Positions 48,205 to 60,021 of a stretch of DNA of 64,000 bases are shown piece after piece. Every line of letters begins with the position of its first letter. Position 1 is the first letter of the stretch. The stretch lies in NCBI GenBank assembly GCA_963713615.1, contig CAVQMM010000001.1, positions 1,536,001 to 1,600,000 on the forward strand, given 5' to 3'. The position numbers and the translations under genes were made by a program. Under the pieces are notes generated by a model, which saw only the letters and a list, made by a program, of their open reading frames with translations, was not told where the DNA came from and made no database searches. This DNA is from an uncultured Chlamydiae bacterium (GTDB taxonomy: Bacteria > Chlamydiota > Chlamydiia > Chlamydiales > JAJFMA01).

Positions 48205-48342
48205 CTCTCTCCGGTGCAATGGCGGTGCAATTTGAGTCAGCACGAGCCGATAGAATCCAGTAGACTGAAAGGGTACAAGCTGCTTATAGTGTTGCTGATA
48301 GCGGTTGGATCGTGTTGGGTCGTAGGGTATTCCTCCGCCCTC

Positions 48343-48382
48343 GATAATCCGTTGGTCGCAGGTTCAAGTCCTGCTTGCCCCA
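48343..48382 (+). other. tRNA 3'-half remnant (tRNA-Ile2/CAT-like), probable att site
   Basis: ATAATCCGTTGGTCGCAGGTTCAAGTCCTGCTTGCCCCA gives the anticodon 3' side, T-arm and acceptor 3' strand. No 5' half is present upstream. Confidence 0.7.
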
Positions 48383-48411
48383 TTTTGTCTTTCACCATAT
48401 CAAAGAAAAAC

Positions 48412-51353
48412 GTGTCCCTCCCGTGAGCGTGCGTGAAAAAAATATTCCGCCGTGGCATGATACCCCTCATTAACGTGGGAGGGTATCATGTCCTATCTGG
48501 ATAAACTGGCTAAAGTCGAGGCGCTTCTTCAACGTGCTTCCTCTGAGGGAGAACGCCACGCTGCCGAGCTTGCCAAGCAACGAATCTTAGCCAGAATTTC
48601 CGATATACACACCAGTCGGCCCATCGAGTACAAGATCTCTCTGGATAGCCCGTGGAAAAGAAGGCTATTTGCAACGGTCTGCTCCAAACATGGTTATAAA
48701 ACCTATCGGTATGCCAGGCAAAAACGCACCACAGCTCATGTGATGATTGCTAAGAATTTGATGGAAGAAGTGCTTTGGCCTGAATTTTTGCGGTATGCAA
48801 AAATTCTGGAAGAACTCGTTGAGGATATATTAAAAGACTTAACGGCTAAGATCCATCATGTGGAAGAGGAAGAGTTAGAAATTGCTGGCGAGATCGCACA
48901 TTGAGGAGGAGCAAGATTGTGTGAATAATTCCAGGGCAACCAAGCCTTGGGATCCTCTAGAACACTTTCAGTATTCTTTTGGATTGCTGTGAGATAGTTA
49001 TAGGGATTGATCTTATTTAGAGTGCAGGTTTCGATGACACTCATCAGAATATCAGCAATTTTGGCTCCAGTTTCATTTTTGAAAAAATAGGCGTTCTTAC
49101 GGTTAAGTACGGCCCTTTTGAGTTGACGTTCGTTGTCATTGTTTGAGATTGGAACTCCAGGAATACGTAAGAACAGGGTCAGCCCCTCCCAGTGATTATC
49201 AAGATACTGAATAGCCCTCCCAAAACTGCTATTGGGCTCTATTTGCTTGGAGTCTATAAGGTCTTTGCAATAGGCTCTCATCTTGTTCATGATCGGAGCA
49301 CTTTTGTCTTGGTGCCACTTTAGCCTATCTTCAGGAGTCAGGCTTTCTTTTTTTGCTATCTTGTCGTTCAGAAACACTAAGTCAAAGGACGAGACTACAT
49401 TCACGCACTCATTAGGCCAGTGTGACGCGAGCTCATAAAAATTACGTCGTGCATGGGCATTGCAATAGGCTAGTTGAGTGGAATGATTCTTTGGAATGTT
49501 CCTGGACAAAGCGTCACAGGCTTGTATAGGCACTGGAAGAGCCTCGTCACGCATATCCAAAAGATCTTTTAAATTTTCTCCTGCGTGCTGTCTTCCAGTA
49601 AAAAACAAGGCGATCTCTTTGTCGTGTGCTTTTCCAAGAATGCCCGTTGTGAATATTCCCTTCCTTTCTGGATTGGCTACTTCGTTTTCCTTCATAAGGC
49701 TAAGCACTCTTGCCATCGTATCGTCGTTGTGAAGGCATTCACAGTTGGCTGCGAGTTGGCACAGCTCTATGAAAACAGGCTCCATGCACTCTGCAACATC
49801 ATGGGTCATGCCCCAAATTTCTGTATCTGAAATAGGGTTGCCCAAAATGGTCTGTATTTGCTCTTGACGATAGAAGGGCATGCCACCGCGATATTTAAGA
49901 ATCGAGACTATAGCCTTAGCTGACTTATCGATTCTTGACTCAGTGTAAAGCTCTTCGGGTAGTCTAGCGGTGAACACCTGTTGACAAATAGGACAGCGAA
50001 GTCTTTCAGGTTTGTAGATATGCACATTTAACCAGGGTTGCCCCACAATGCGAAGCACCGTTCCGGAAGCTAGATTGAATAATTTGCCTTTACCACACGC
50101 AGGACAGGTAGAGCCCTTTTTAAGAACCTCGTGGGCTACTTTTATGAGCTGCGCTTCTTGATAATCGCTTGCTGGTCGATGCCCGTGCCCTTTTGCCGGA
50201 CCTGCATCAGAAGGCTTCTCACTTGAAGTATCCTCAGAAGTGCTATTTCCTTTCTCGCTTCCAGTGTTTTTTGGTCGCAGTAGATTCTTTAACTTCTGTG
50301 CACTTTCCGTCTTAATCCCGAATACAGCTTTAAGCCTTGCAATACTCAAAGACTGCTCTCGAAGAGATCCCTCCATCCATATCATTGCCCTTACAAGATC
50401 AGCAAGCAAGGGGAAATCGTCTACCTCAAGGGATTGACTCTCGATCCTCTGTATGAGGGATTCAATCTCTTCTGTAGTAAAATCTATGCGTTTAGGTCGC
50501 TTTGCCATCTTCAACCATCCCTAGGGCATTTATTTGACAATAAAAAAACAATATTGTCATCGAATTTTTCGCCATGTGTCTGAAAAAGAGGCGAGGCCTG
50601 GGTCTCCATTCCACAGAAGTGTTTGGAGCTCACGAGCCTCCAAAATCACTTCAACACCGCCACTTGCTGGTTTAGGCCACCAAGAAAACCTTCCCTTTGA
50701 AAGGCGTTTAATGCAGAGCCAAAACCCCTGTCCATCGTACACTAAAACCCTTAGAGAGTTGACAGACCGATTTCGAAAGAGAAAAACCGCACCATCAAAG
50801 GGATCTTTGCCTAAGATTTGTCTGCAACAGGATGCAAGGCCATCGATTCCTTTACGAAAGTCAACAGGAGCAATAGCAACATAGATAAGCATTTGAGGGG
50901 TGATTTGAATCATGAGAACTCCCCTCTAAAGAGTTTACTAATAAGGGCAGGCAGATCCTTAACAGGTCCAGTCCAGCGAAGAGTAAGAGGCCCTGCTTGG
51001 TGCTTGAGAGTGATTTCAACAAATGAATGAGACTCGCTAGGTAGAGGGCGCACTTGGGCAAAATCTTGAATAGTTTGTTTTCCACGCGCTAAGCGCTTCT
51101 TAAAGTACTGGACAGAGATGCCTAAGGCAGATGCAATTTCAGCAACAGAGTGAGTTGTCGTAAGATTGAACGCAGCTTGCCAGAGCTCCTTGGAGAAGCG
51201 TGGATGGCCTTTTTGCGATCTGACGCGATGAAATTCTTGAGCGACTTGTTCGAGCGAAAGAGTAGCAGATTTCATGAGCAACCTCCTTGGTTGTTTGCCC
51301 ACGAATTTCGCTCAACCTTGTTTCAAAATCACGCACGCTCACGGGAGGGACAC
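48412..51353 (-). mobile_element. IS66-family element copy 2 (passenger 48488-48904, tnpC 48856-50514, tnpB 50557-50913, tnpA 50910-51302)
   Basis: Near-identical to copy 1 (offset 6561). The flanks AGAAAAAC and AGTGCAAC do not match. Confidence 0.95.
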
Positions 51354-52374
51354 AGTGCAACTGGTTCTCAATTGTCCAATGAGAGCGTATCGCATGGGCC
51401 ATTTTCCTCGCATCGGACGAGAGGCTGGATATGTAAAACCGTGTTTCTGTTGAAGTTACACCCTTAATTGTTCTTGTACTCCTAACTGCGGCAAGACTCC
51501 TTAAACCTGTCCATTCTGTTTTTTGTGGTAGCCACTCAAGATCTTCACATACCCAAACTTCTCGTTTCTCAACTCGTCCTCGCGACTTTTCTTCGCTCAC
51601 AAAAAAGTCACAACCACTGGCTTCCGGTAGACCTTCAACCACTTGCTCAAAAAAGTTTTGAGCCTCAGCATGTAGATGTCCTTGATTCCCTTTTAGACCT
51701 ATCACGTAGTCTCCTCCTTGCTCCACGATCTGCTTAACAAGTGGCCTATGACATCCTCCGGCATCCACTGTAATTGTAGCACCCCTAATATCGAGCATGG
51801 CAAGAAGCAAGGGAAAAGCAGTGATTTCATTGGATTTTAGCTCTGTTGCAAGCTGCCCTAGAACAAGTTGATTTTCCGCTGAAAATGCACTCACGATATG
51901 AATGGCTCTTACATCATTTGTCGTATCGGAAGAGTTGCATAAGGTTTTGCCGTCCAAAGCGATGATGCCACCTATCGTTTTGGCAATATGCTGAGTCCAG
52001 TTAATAAAACACCGCTCAAACGCCTGTGGGTTGACAAAGCGGAAAAAGCGCGAGAAAGTGTCATGCGAAGGGACACCATCAGAACACATTTGAAGCTCGT
52101 GTAACCATTCAAGATTAGACTCAGACCATAAGCTAACCTCTACCCAATCATCAGCCCCGCAAAGTATAGCGAGGATGGCGATCGATACGATCTCGGAGAC
52201 ACTGTAGGCCTGGTTTCTTGCCTTACGAGGATCTGGTAGGATTGAAAACGCGAGCATGATAGAAGTTTCTCTGACTGCATGTTGTTGTGACATTATACAT
52301 CTCCCTGATGAAAAGGAGAAGTAGTCGCAACAATTTGAAAAATAGTCAAATCATTTCTTCATGCAATTTCCCTG
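51354..52374 (-). mobile_element. ISAs1 copy 2, 3'-truncated at IS66
   Basis: Matches the first ISAs1 up to HWTIENQLH; only one TIR remains, ending at 52374. Confidence 0.92.
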
Positions 52375-52392
52375 AGACAATCCCTGATCAAC

Positions 52393-53553
52393 TTGTACGA
52401 AAATCAAACTATTGACCTAGGGGAAGGAAAAAGAAAGACAAAGGCGAGGATATGGCTAGAGCATCCCAAGCGCCGCCAATATCAAGGAATAGCTTTTGAC
52501 CCAACAAGAGAGGGCCATAGTAATGGCTACTATAACATTTGGCGAGGGTATGCCATTGAAGCGAAAAGGGGATCTTGTGAGCGCTTCAAAGGCCATATGA
52601 AGGACATTATATGCGACGGGAGCGAAGCGCGCTTCAGATATCTTTGGCAATGGTGCGCGCATCTGATTCAGCACCCCGACAAGCCCCTTCCGGGGCTACT
52701 TCTGATGAGTAGCCAGGGTACAGGCAAAAACACGTTCGTAGACGCTCTTGGCAGGATTTTCGGTCCGCATTACTTACCCCTGGATAGCATGCAGCAGCTC
52801 TTAGGTAACTTCAATTTTCATCACAAAAACGCTGTGCTTATTCATGGAAATGAAGCGCTGTGGGGTGGTAATAAGAAGGACCTTGGAAAGCTCAAGACGA
52901 TGATAACAGAGGAATTTTGCTGCATTGAAGCCAAAGGGAAGGACGTCATCCAAATAAGGAATTTCCGGCACCTAATTCTCTCCAGCAATGAGGATTGGCC
53001 AGTCCACCTCGATCGTGACGACAGGCGCTTTGTTGTTTTTAAGGTCAGCGAGACCCGTAAGGAGGACACCGTATACTTTAAGGCGATCAAAGACGAGCTA
53101 CAGACAGGCGGCGATGAGGCGTTTCTTTATGAATTGTTGAATGAGGACCTGTCGGGGTTCAACTTACACAGAATGCCAAATGATAGTGAGGCTTTTAAGG
53201 TCAAGCTGAGGAGTGCTTCATCAGTCGAACAGTACATCTATGAAGCCCTTAACGTGGGGTGCTTTAATGTGTCTAATGCGACTCCGGCAGTTGAGGGGTG
53301 GAGGGATTCTATATCTCGAGATTCGGTCTATGCCGATTATAGGGGATGGTGTGAGGGTCAAGGGAATAGACAAATAGAGAACAAAGAGGCCTTAGGAAGA
53401 GCGTTGGCTAAGCTTGTTACTTCGGTATCTGAATCAAGGCCCACTGCCAATAACGGCGTTCGCTCTCGTCATTATGAGCTTCCATCTCTAGCGAGGGCGA
53501 GGGAGGACTTCCAGAGAGCCTACAAGTCAGGTAGCGACATATGGAGGAGCTAA
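52393..53553 (+). pseudogene. Phage/satellite primase-helicase C-terminal NTPase (D5/DUF5906-like), 5'-truncated by ISAs1
   Basis: Motifs YNIWRG, HLIQHP, SQGTGKN, IEAKG, SSNE and DDRRF. The frame begins at the ISAs1 end. Confidence 0.8.
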
Positions 53554-53569
53554 CCCATGACGATTGTTA

Positions 53570-53852
53570 GGTCCACGTCCTGTCCATGTAATGTCCTGGT
53601 GAAGGATGTTACTTAAACAGTTTATACCCAATGGTCAGTCCACGATGTCCATGCTGTCCAGGAAAAAAATAAAGTGCACACAAAAAGGGGTAAGTACCAA
53701 GGCTTCAATTATGGGTATCCTCTTGACATTTCTTGGCGAACAAACGTTCATGGACTACCTGGACCTCCTGGACGAAAATTAACAATCAGTATGTTAGGAA
53801 GAAAATCACCTGGACACTACCTGGACCGACCAGCAGAACTACCGCCTGGACC
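53570..53852. repeat. Iteron-like GTCCA/TGGAC repeats (putative replication origin)
   Basis: Several GTCC(A) motifs at 53571-53661 face several (CC)TGGAC motifs at 53751-53852 across an AT-rich spacer. Confidence 0.6.
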
Positions 53853-54109
53853 GAGAATGCTCGAGGAGCCATAAACATGGAGAAACCCCGAGAGTGCCAA
53901 TCTGTGTCTTCAAATGAGGACGGGGATGATAAGGTATCAGACAGGTCTCCTAGCTACGAAATCCTCCCAATTTACCTGCCCTAAAAACTAGCGGTGAGGT
54001 CGTGGCAAATCAACGCTAAAAGCAGAAAAATCGGCAACCCTTTTCAAAAAAGAAGCACTGGCAATTGGAAATCTGTATTAACACAGTAAGTGTTTCCTAA
54101 CCTTGATTT

Positions 54110-54631
54110 TCAGGGGGTAGGAGTATTTTTTTCCAACCAATATTTCCTGTTCTTATACACTGTAGACAATTGACTTTCCCATTGGGGCCACTTGCTGACC
54201 ACATAGAAAAGCAGCTCATCTAACTCGCGGATGCTATTTGCTTTTTGCATTTTATTAACGCACCTTGCACATTCCTCATTAGGCGCTATGGGAATGAACT
54301 GCTCCTCTTTTGAAGATGCACTCTCCAGCTTTTCAATTATCCAAGAGCAACCACCACTCACACATATCCACATCAATTTGGCAGCTATCATATAGAGAGT
54401 GAATGCGATAATTTTTGCTATCGTTAGAGATGCTAGTGGTGTTTGGGCTATTTCTACAAAATCATAATAGCCAACCATCAACTTGGAAAAACCATAGCTG
54501 AACATAGATCCAAGATAACCATTTCCTGGACTATCCAGATCGTTTAAGACAAGGATTATCACTACCATCCAGGTAGATGTTTTTACCACTTTTTTTAATC
54601 GTTGATTGCAGTCTTTAAAAAATTCTTGCAT
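54110..54631 (-). CDS. Hypothetical membrane protein
   Basis: 173-aa ORF with hydrophobic segments. Confidence 0.6.
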   Translation of the reverse strand: MQEFFKDCNQRLKKVVKTSTWMVVIILVLNDLDSPGNGYLGSMFSYGFSKLMVGYYDFVEIAQTPLASLTIAKIIAFTLYMIAAKLMWICVSGGCSWIIEKLESASSKEEQFIPIAPNEECARCVNKMQKANSIRELDELLFYVVSKWPQWESQLSTVYKNRKYWLEKNTPTP

Positions 54632-54713
54632 CTATCAGCAGCTTCCTGATTTTTTTAAATTAATTGGTAATGACGTTCTACACCGAAGAGAAAATTTAAG
54701 ATAAACAAATTGA

Positions 54714-55187
54714 CTAGGTAGATATTGCTTCTATATTTCGGGACTTTTCTAACGCGAGCACTTGTGCATACCGATCAGCATCACGCTTAGTTCCTTCCAA
54801 AGAATTGACCTTTCGCAACCGAAGGCAATTAATCCAAAAATAGAGCTCTATAGATAACATCAGAATTAAAATAGGGCACATCATCAGCATAGCATCAACG
54901 CTATAGTCTACAAAAAACGTATCTACAATATGCCTAATCATAACCATCGGCATGCCAATTATCCATAAAGTAAGCAAAATTGTTCCCTTCTTACGGTATG
55001 CACAATGATAAGTGATAAATGCGTCAATGCTGGCAAATGCAAAAAAGAATAGTATGGAACCCATGCTAGACCAATTACCATCATAGCTTGCTAGACAAGC
55101 CACTATCAAAAGGCTTGGCCAAAGAAAGGCATATAGCAGGACAAATGCTGAAAACCACCGTTTTCTAACTAAGTCTTCATGCGACAT
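54714..55187 (-). CDS. Hypothetical multi-pass membrane protein
   Basis: 157-aa ORF with four hydrophobic segments and RBS GGAG. Confidence 0.65.
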   Translation of the reverse strand: MSHEDLVRKRWFSAFVLLYAFLWPSLLIVACLASYDGNWSSMGSILFFFAFASIDAFITYHCAYRKKGTILLTLWIIGMPMVMIRHIVDTFFVDYSVDAMLMMCPILILMLSIELYFWINCLRLRKVNSLEGTKRDADRYAQVLALEKSRNIEAIST

Positions 55188-55261
55188 CTAAATATTCTCC
55201 ATATAATGCGACTTTCGCGATACCACAAGCACTCAAAGTGAGATGACAAGTCTTCCGCAGT

Positions 55262-56299
55262 CTAATCTTGCCCATCACTGCCTCTCTTGAAGAGCCCTTT
55301 AAGAAAGTAAAACAAGCCCGCAAAACAGGCAGCGATGACTCCTTTAAATGCTTTTAGAAGGCCTAGCCCCCCTATAACCGCTGCTTTGCCAAACTTAGCT
55401 CCAACCGTAGCGGCGACAAGGCCGGCAATGCCATAAGAAGCTACCTTGTCACTAGAAATGCGATCCGAATAATGAAAACCTGCGTCAAAACTGTGGGCGC
55501 GGAGCATAACATCCAAGTCCCCCCCAAAATGTTTATACGACGCATTATCTGTAACCCAATTTAAAAGCTCGAAGCCCTTTCTTCCTAACCTTAAAGCCAT
55601 TGAGTTGACGACTCTTTCGCCCGTGCCCCCTTCTACCTCAATAGCCCAATAAACGGTGCTGATACTGCGATCTAGTGTGGGCTCCTGTATCCAATCAATT
55701 ACATGTATTTCTTCTCCATTATGACATCGTCGATACTCGTTATCCTCTTCAGCACCTTTGCGGAATCCCTCAAGAAGCTGCTTTGGATCTATTTCAGTCC
55801 AATCATCGAGAGAAACAAAACCACTGTCGACATACGCAAATAACACAAGGGTCTCTTCGTTTGTATTGAAGGCCAGAGCTTCCAAGCTAGTATTAGGCGG
55901 TTGACCACCAAGTTCCCTAAGACGGTGGGCATCGTTGCCTATAACCGCAATAAATCCCTCTGGCAGTGAAAGAGTTGAGTTAGATTTTGGCATTCTATAC
56001 GTACCTGCAAACAACCAGTCAAACTCAGGATCAGGCTCTAGATAGTCTTCTTCTATTATCGACTGTTTCGTAGCAGATAGTGCTGTGTCGAACGGCATCA
56101 TAAAGCCACCCATCACAAAGGTCAGGCTGCCCAGAAAAATAACCCGTAAATAGTTTACTTTGAACACTTTTCTCCCTCCATTTACATAAACTGGAGCATT
56201 GTAGGCAACACTGTCTTTTTTTGTCCATTTTTCGAACCGATTTTTCGATGTAAAATATTGCATATCATATAGATAGACTTGAGATGATACCGTATTCAT
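55262..56299 (-). CDS. DUF2167-family membrane-anchored protein (start uncertain)
   Basis: Motifs GFVSLDD, WIQEP, VYWA, LGRKG and DKVASYGIAGLVA. Confidence 0.75.
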   Translation of the reverse strand: MNTVSSQVYLYDMQYFTSKNRFEKWTKKDSVAYNAPVYVNGGRKVFKVNYLRVIFLGSLTFVMGGFMMPFDTALSATKQSIIEEDYLEPDPEFDWLFAGTYRMPKSNSTLSLPEGFIAVIGNDAHRLRELGGQPPNTSLEALAFNTNEETLVLFAYVDSGFVSLDDWTEIDPKQLLEGFRKGAEEDNEYRRCHNGEEIHVIDWIQEPTLDRSISTVYWAIEVEGGTGERVVNSMALRLGRKGFELLNWVTDNASYKHFGGDLDVMLRAHSFDAGFHYSDRISSDKVASYGIAGLVAATVGAKFGKAAVIGGLGLLKAFKGVIAACFAGLFYFLKGLFKRGSDGQD

Positions 56300-56436
56300 G
56301 AGCCATAAGAGAGTACCGATAAATAGTCATACGCGACTGCAATACATCTCAACTCTATCGCCGTACATCCATTGCATGCTGAGAGATTATGTGCTGAAGA
56401 GATAAATGTGATACAATTAAGAATAAAGGATTAGGC

Positions 56437-56770
56437 ATGCAGCGGACTAAAACGGACCAGACCCGACTAACAGACCGACAGGTTAAAGCCCTTCCGCACT
56501 TTATTGGATCGTCAAGTGACATTGATGCATGCAAGCAAGCAAAAGTATCCAAAGACACCTTTTACACCTGGCTAAAAGATCCCGTCTTCCGCGCGGAGTT
56601 GCAAAGACTGAGGGATCAGGTGGTGCATGATGCGGTCGAGGTGCTGAAAGCGAGTACAAGCAATGCGGTCGCAACCCTGGTTAACCTGCTAAATACACCA
56701 AACCCAATGCTTCAAAGGAATGTGGCCAACGACATACTGAACCGGGTCGCCAAATTCCAACAGCTACAGG
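56437..56770 (+). pseudogene. Phage-type HTH protein (phBC6A51/TerS-like), cut by IS66
   Basis: LTDRQVKAL...ACKQAKVSKDTFYTWLKDPVF; the frame runs into the IS66 TIR. Confidence 0.6.
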
Positions 56771-59715
56771 GTGTCCCTCCTGTGAGCGTGCGTGATTTTG
56801 AAACAAGGTTGAGCGAAATTCGTGAGCAAACAACCAAGGAGGTTGCTCATGAAAGCTGCTACACTTTCGCTCGAACAAGTCGCTCAAGAATTTCATCGCG
56901 TTAGATCCCAAAAAAAGGGCCATCCACGCTTCTCCAAGGAGCTCTGGCAAGCTGCGTTCAATCTTACGATGACTTACTCTGTTGCTGAAATTGCATCTGC
57001 CATAGGCGTCTCTGTCCAGTACTTTAAGAAGCGCTTAGCGCGTGGAAAACAAACCATCCAAGATTTTGCTCAAGTACGCCCTCTACCTAGTGAATCCCAT
57101 TCATTTGTTGAAATTACTCTTAAGCACCAAGCAGGGCCTCTTACTCTTCGCTGGACTGGGCCTGTTAAGGATCTGCCTGCCCTTATTAGTAAACTCTTTA
57201 GAGGGGAGTTCTCATGATTCAAATCACCCCTCAAATGGTTATCTATGTTGCTATTGCTCCTGTTGACTTTCGTAAAGGAATCGATGGCCTTGCATCCTGT
57301 TGTAAACAAATCTTAGGCAAAGATCCCTTTGGTGGTGCGGTTTTTCTCTTTCGAAACCGGTCTGTCAACTCTCTAAAGGTTTTAGTGTACGATGGACAGG
57401 GGTTTTGGCTCTGCATTAAACGTCTTTCAAAGGGAAGGTTTTCTTGGTGGCCTAAACCAGCAAGTGGCGGTGTTGAAGTGATTTTGGAGGCTCGTGAGCT
57501 CCAAACACTTCTGTGGAATGGAGACCCGGGTCTTGCCTGTTTTTCAGATACATGGCGAAAAATTGGATGACAATATTGTTTTTTTATTTTCAAATAGATG
57601 CCCTGGGGATAGTTGAAGATGGTAAAGCGACCTAAACGCATAGATTTTACTACAGAAGAGATTGAATCCCTCATTCAGAGGATCGAGAGTCAATCCCTTG
57701 ATGTAGACGATTTTCCCTTGCTTGCCGATCTTGTGAGGGCAATGATATGGATGGAGGGATCTCTTCGAGAGCAGTCTTTGAGTATTGCAAGGCTCAAAGC
57801 TGTATTCGGAATAAAGACGGAAAGCGCACAGAAGTTAAAGAATCTACTGCGACCAAAAAAAAATGGAAGCGAGAAAGGGAAGAACACTTCTGAGGATACT
57901 TCAAACGAGAAGCCTTCTGATGCAGGTCCGGCAAAAGGGCACGGGCATCGACCAGCAAGCGATTATCAAGAAGCGCAGCTCATAAAAGTAGCCCACGAGG
58001 TCCTTAAAAAGGGCTCTACCTGTCCTGCGTGTGATAAAGGCAAATTATTCAATCTGGCTGCCGGAACGGTGCTTCGCATTGTGGGGCAACCCTGGTTAAA
58101 TGTGCATATTTACAAACCTGAAAGACTTCGCTGTCCTATTTGTCAACAGGTGTTCACCGCTAGACTACCCGAAAAGCTCTACACTGGATCAAGAATCGAT
58201 AAGTCAGCTAAGGCTATTGTCTCGATTCTTAAATATCGCGGTGGCATGCCTTTCTATCGTCAAGAGCAAATACAGACCATTTTGGGCAACCCTATTTCAG
58301 ATACGGAAATTTGGGGGATGACCCATGATGTTGCAGAGTGTATGGAGCCCGTTTTCATAGAACTTTGCCAACTCGCCGCCAACTGTGAATGCCTTCACAA
58401 CGACGATACGATGGCAAGAGTGCTTAGCCTTATGAAGGAAAACGAAGTAGCCAATCCAGAAAGGAAGGGAATATCACAACAGGCATTCTTGGAAAAGCAC
58501 ACGACCAAGAGATCGCCTTGTTTTTTACTGGAAGACAGCACGCAGGAGAAAATTTAAAAGATCTTTTAGATATGCGTGACGAGGCTCTTCCAGTACCCAT
58601 ACAAGCTTGCGATGCTCTATCAAGGAACATTCCAAAGAACCATTCCACTCAACTAGCCTATTGTAATGCCCATGCACGACGTAATTTCTATGAGATTGCA
58701 TCGCACTGGCCTAATGAGTGCGTAAATGTAGTCTCATCCTTTGACTTAGTGTTTCTGAACGACAAAATAGCAAAAAAAGAAAGACTGGCTCCTGAAGATA
58801 GACTAAAGTGGCATCAAGACAAAAGTGCTCCGATCATGAACAAAATGAGAGCCTATTGCAAAGATCTTATAGACTCCAAGCAAATAGAGCCCAATAGCAG
58901 TTTTGGGAAGGCTATTCAATATCTTGATAATCACTGGGAGGGGCTGACACTGTTCTTACGTATTCCTGGAGTTCCAGTCTCAAACAATGACAACGAGCGT
59001 CAACTCAAAAGGGCCGTACTTAACCGTAAGAACGCCTATTTTTTCAAAAATGAAACTGGAGCCAAAATTGCTGATATTCTGATGAGTGTCATCGAAACCT
59101 GCGCTCTAAATAAGATCAATCCCTATAACTATCTCATAACAATCCAAAAGAATACTGAAAGTGTTTTAGAGAATCCCAAGGCTTGGTTGCCCTGGAATTA
59201 TTCACACAACCTTGCTCCTCCTTAATGAGCGATCTCGCCAGCAATTTCTAACTCTTCCTCTTCCACATGATGGATCTTGGCCGTTAAGTCCTTTAAGATC
59301 TCCTCGACGAGTTCTTCCAGAATTTTTGCATACCGCAAAAATTCAGGCCAAAGCACCTCTTCCATCAAATTTTTAGAAATCATCACATGAGCTGTAGTGC
59401 GCTTTTGGCGTGCATATCGATAGGTTTTATAACCATGTTTGGAGCAGAGCGTTGCAAAGAGCCGTCTTTTCCATGGACTATCCAGAGAGATCTTGTACTC
59501 GATGGGCCGACTGGTGTGTATATCGGAAATTCTGGCTAAGATTCGTTGCTTGGCAAGCTCGGCTGCATGGCGTTCTCCCTCAGAGGAAGCACGTTGAAGG
59601 AGTGCCTCGACTTTAGCCAATTTATCCAGATAGGACATGATACCCTCCTACGTTAATGAGGGGTATCATGCCATGGCGGAATATTTTATTTCACGCACGC
59701 TCACGGGAGGGACAC
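56771..59715 (+). mobile_element. IS66 copy 3 (diverged isoform; tnpA 56822-57217, tnpB 57214-57570, frameshifted tnpC 57613-59225, passenger 59222-59638)
   Basis: Same TIRs but many substitutions relative to copies 1 and 2. One-base deletion at about 58475. No TSD. Confidence 0.93.
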
Positions 59716-59718
59716 CCC

Positions 59719-59955
59719 ATGCAAAGGTGTAAAGCAAAGTCAAAACGTAGCCAACAACAGTGTAAAAACTATGCTATTAAAGGCACTACCGTGTGTCGGA
59801 TGCATGGGGCAAGGGGAGGTCCTAAGACTGACCAAGGCCGTTATAATTGCAAAAAGGGACCTACCAAACATGGTATGTGCTGTCGTAAACGGTTAGACGA
59901 ACTTAAATTTCTTCGAGCTATTCTAAAGAATAAACATCAATGTGCTATAGAATGA
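59719..59955 (+). CDS. HGGxSTG-domain small basic protein (phage TerS-associated)
   Basis: RCKAKSKRS..QCKN.A....VCRMHGARGGPKT..G.......KHG. Confidence 0.75.
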   Translation: MQRCKAKSKRSQQQCKNYAIKGTTVCRMHGARGGPKTDQGRYNCKKGPTKHGMCCRKRLDELKFLRAILKNKHQCAIE

Positions 59956-60021
59956 CATACGCTAGAACTGCCGCAGTTACCAATAATAGAAGTAGTGTGC
60001 AAAGGTTTAAGTGGGAGGTAC

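Noticed and set aside
48300..48385. Complete tRNA gene
   Set aside because: No acceptor 5' strand or D-arm; only the 3' half is present.
51139..52293. 384-aa full-length ISAs1 transposase (likewise 34216-35394 and 56437-56904)
   Set aside because: The C-termini are read-through into inserted IS ends, so these are chimeric ORFs.
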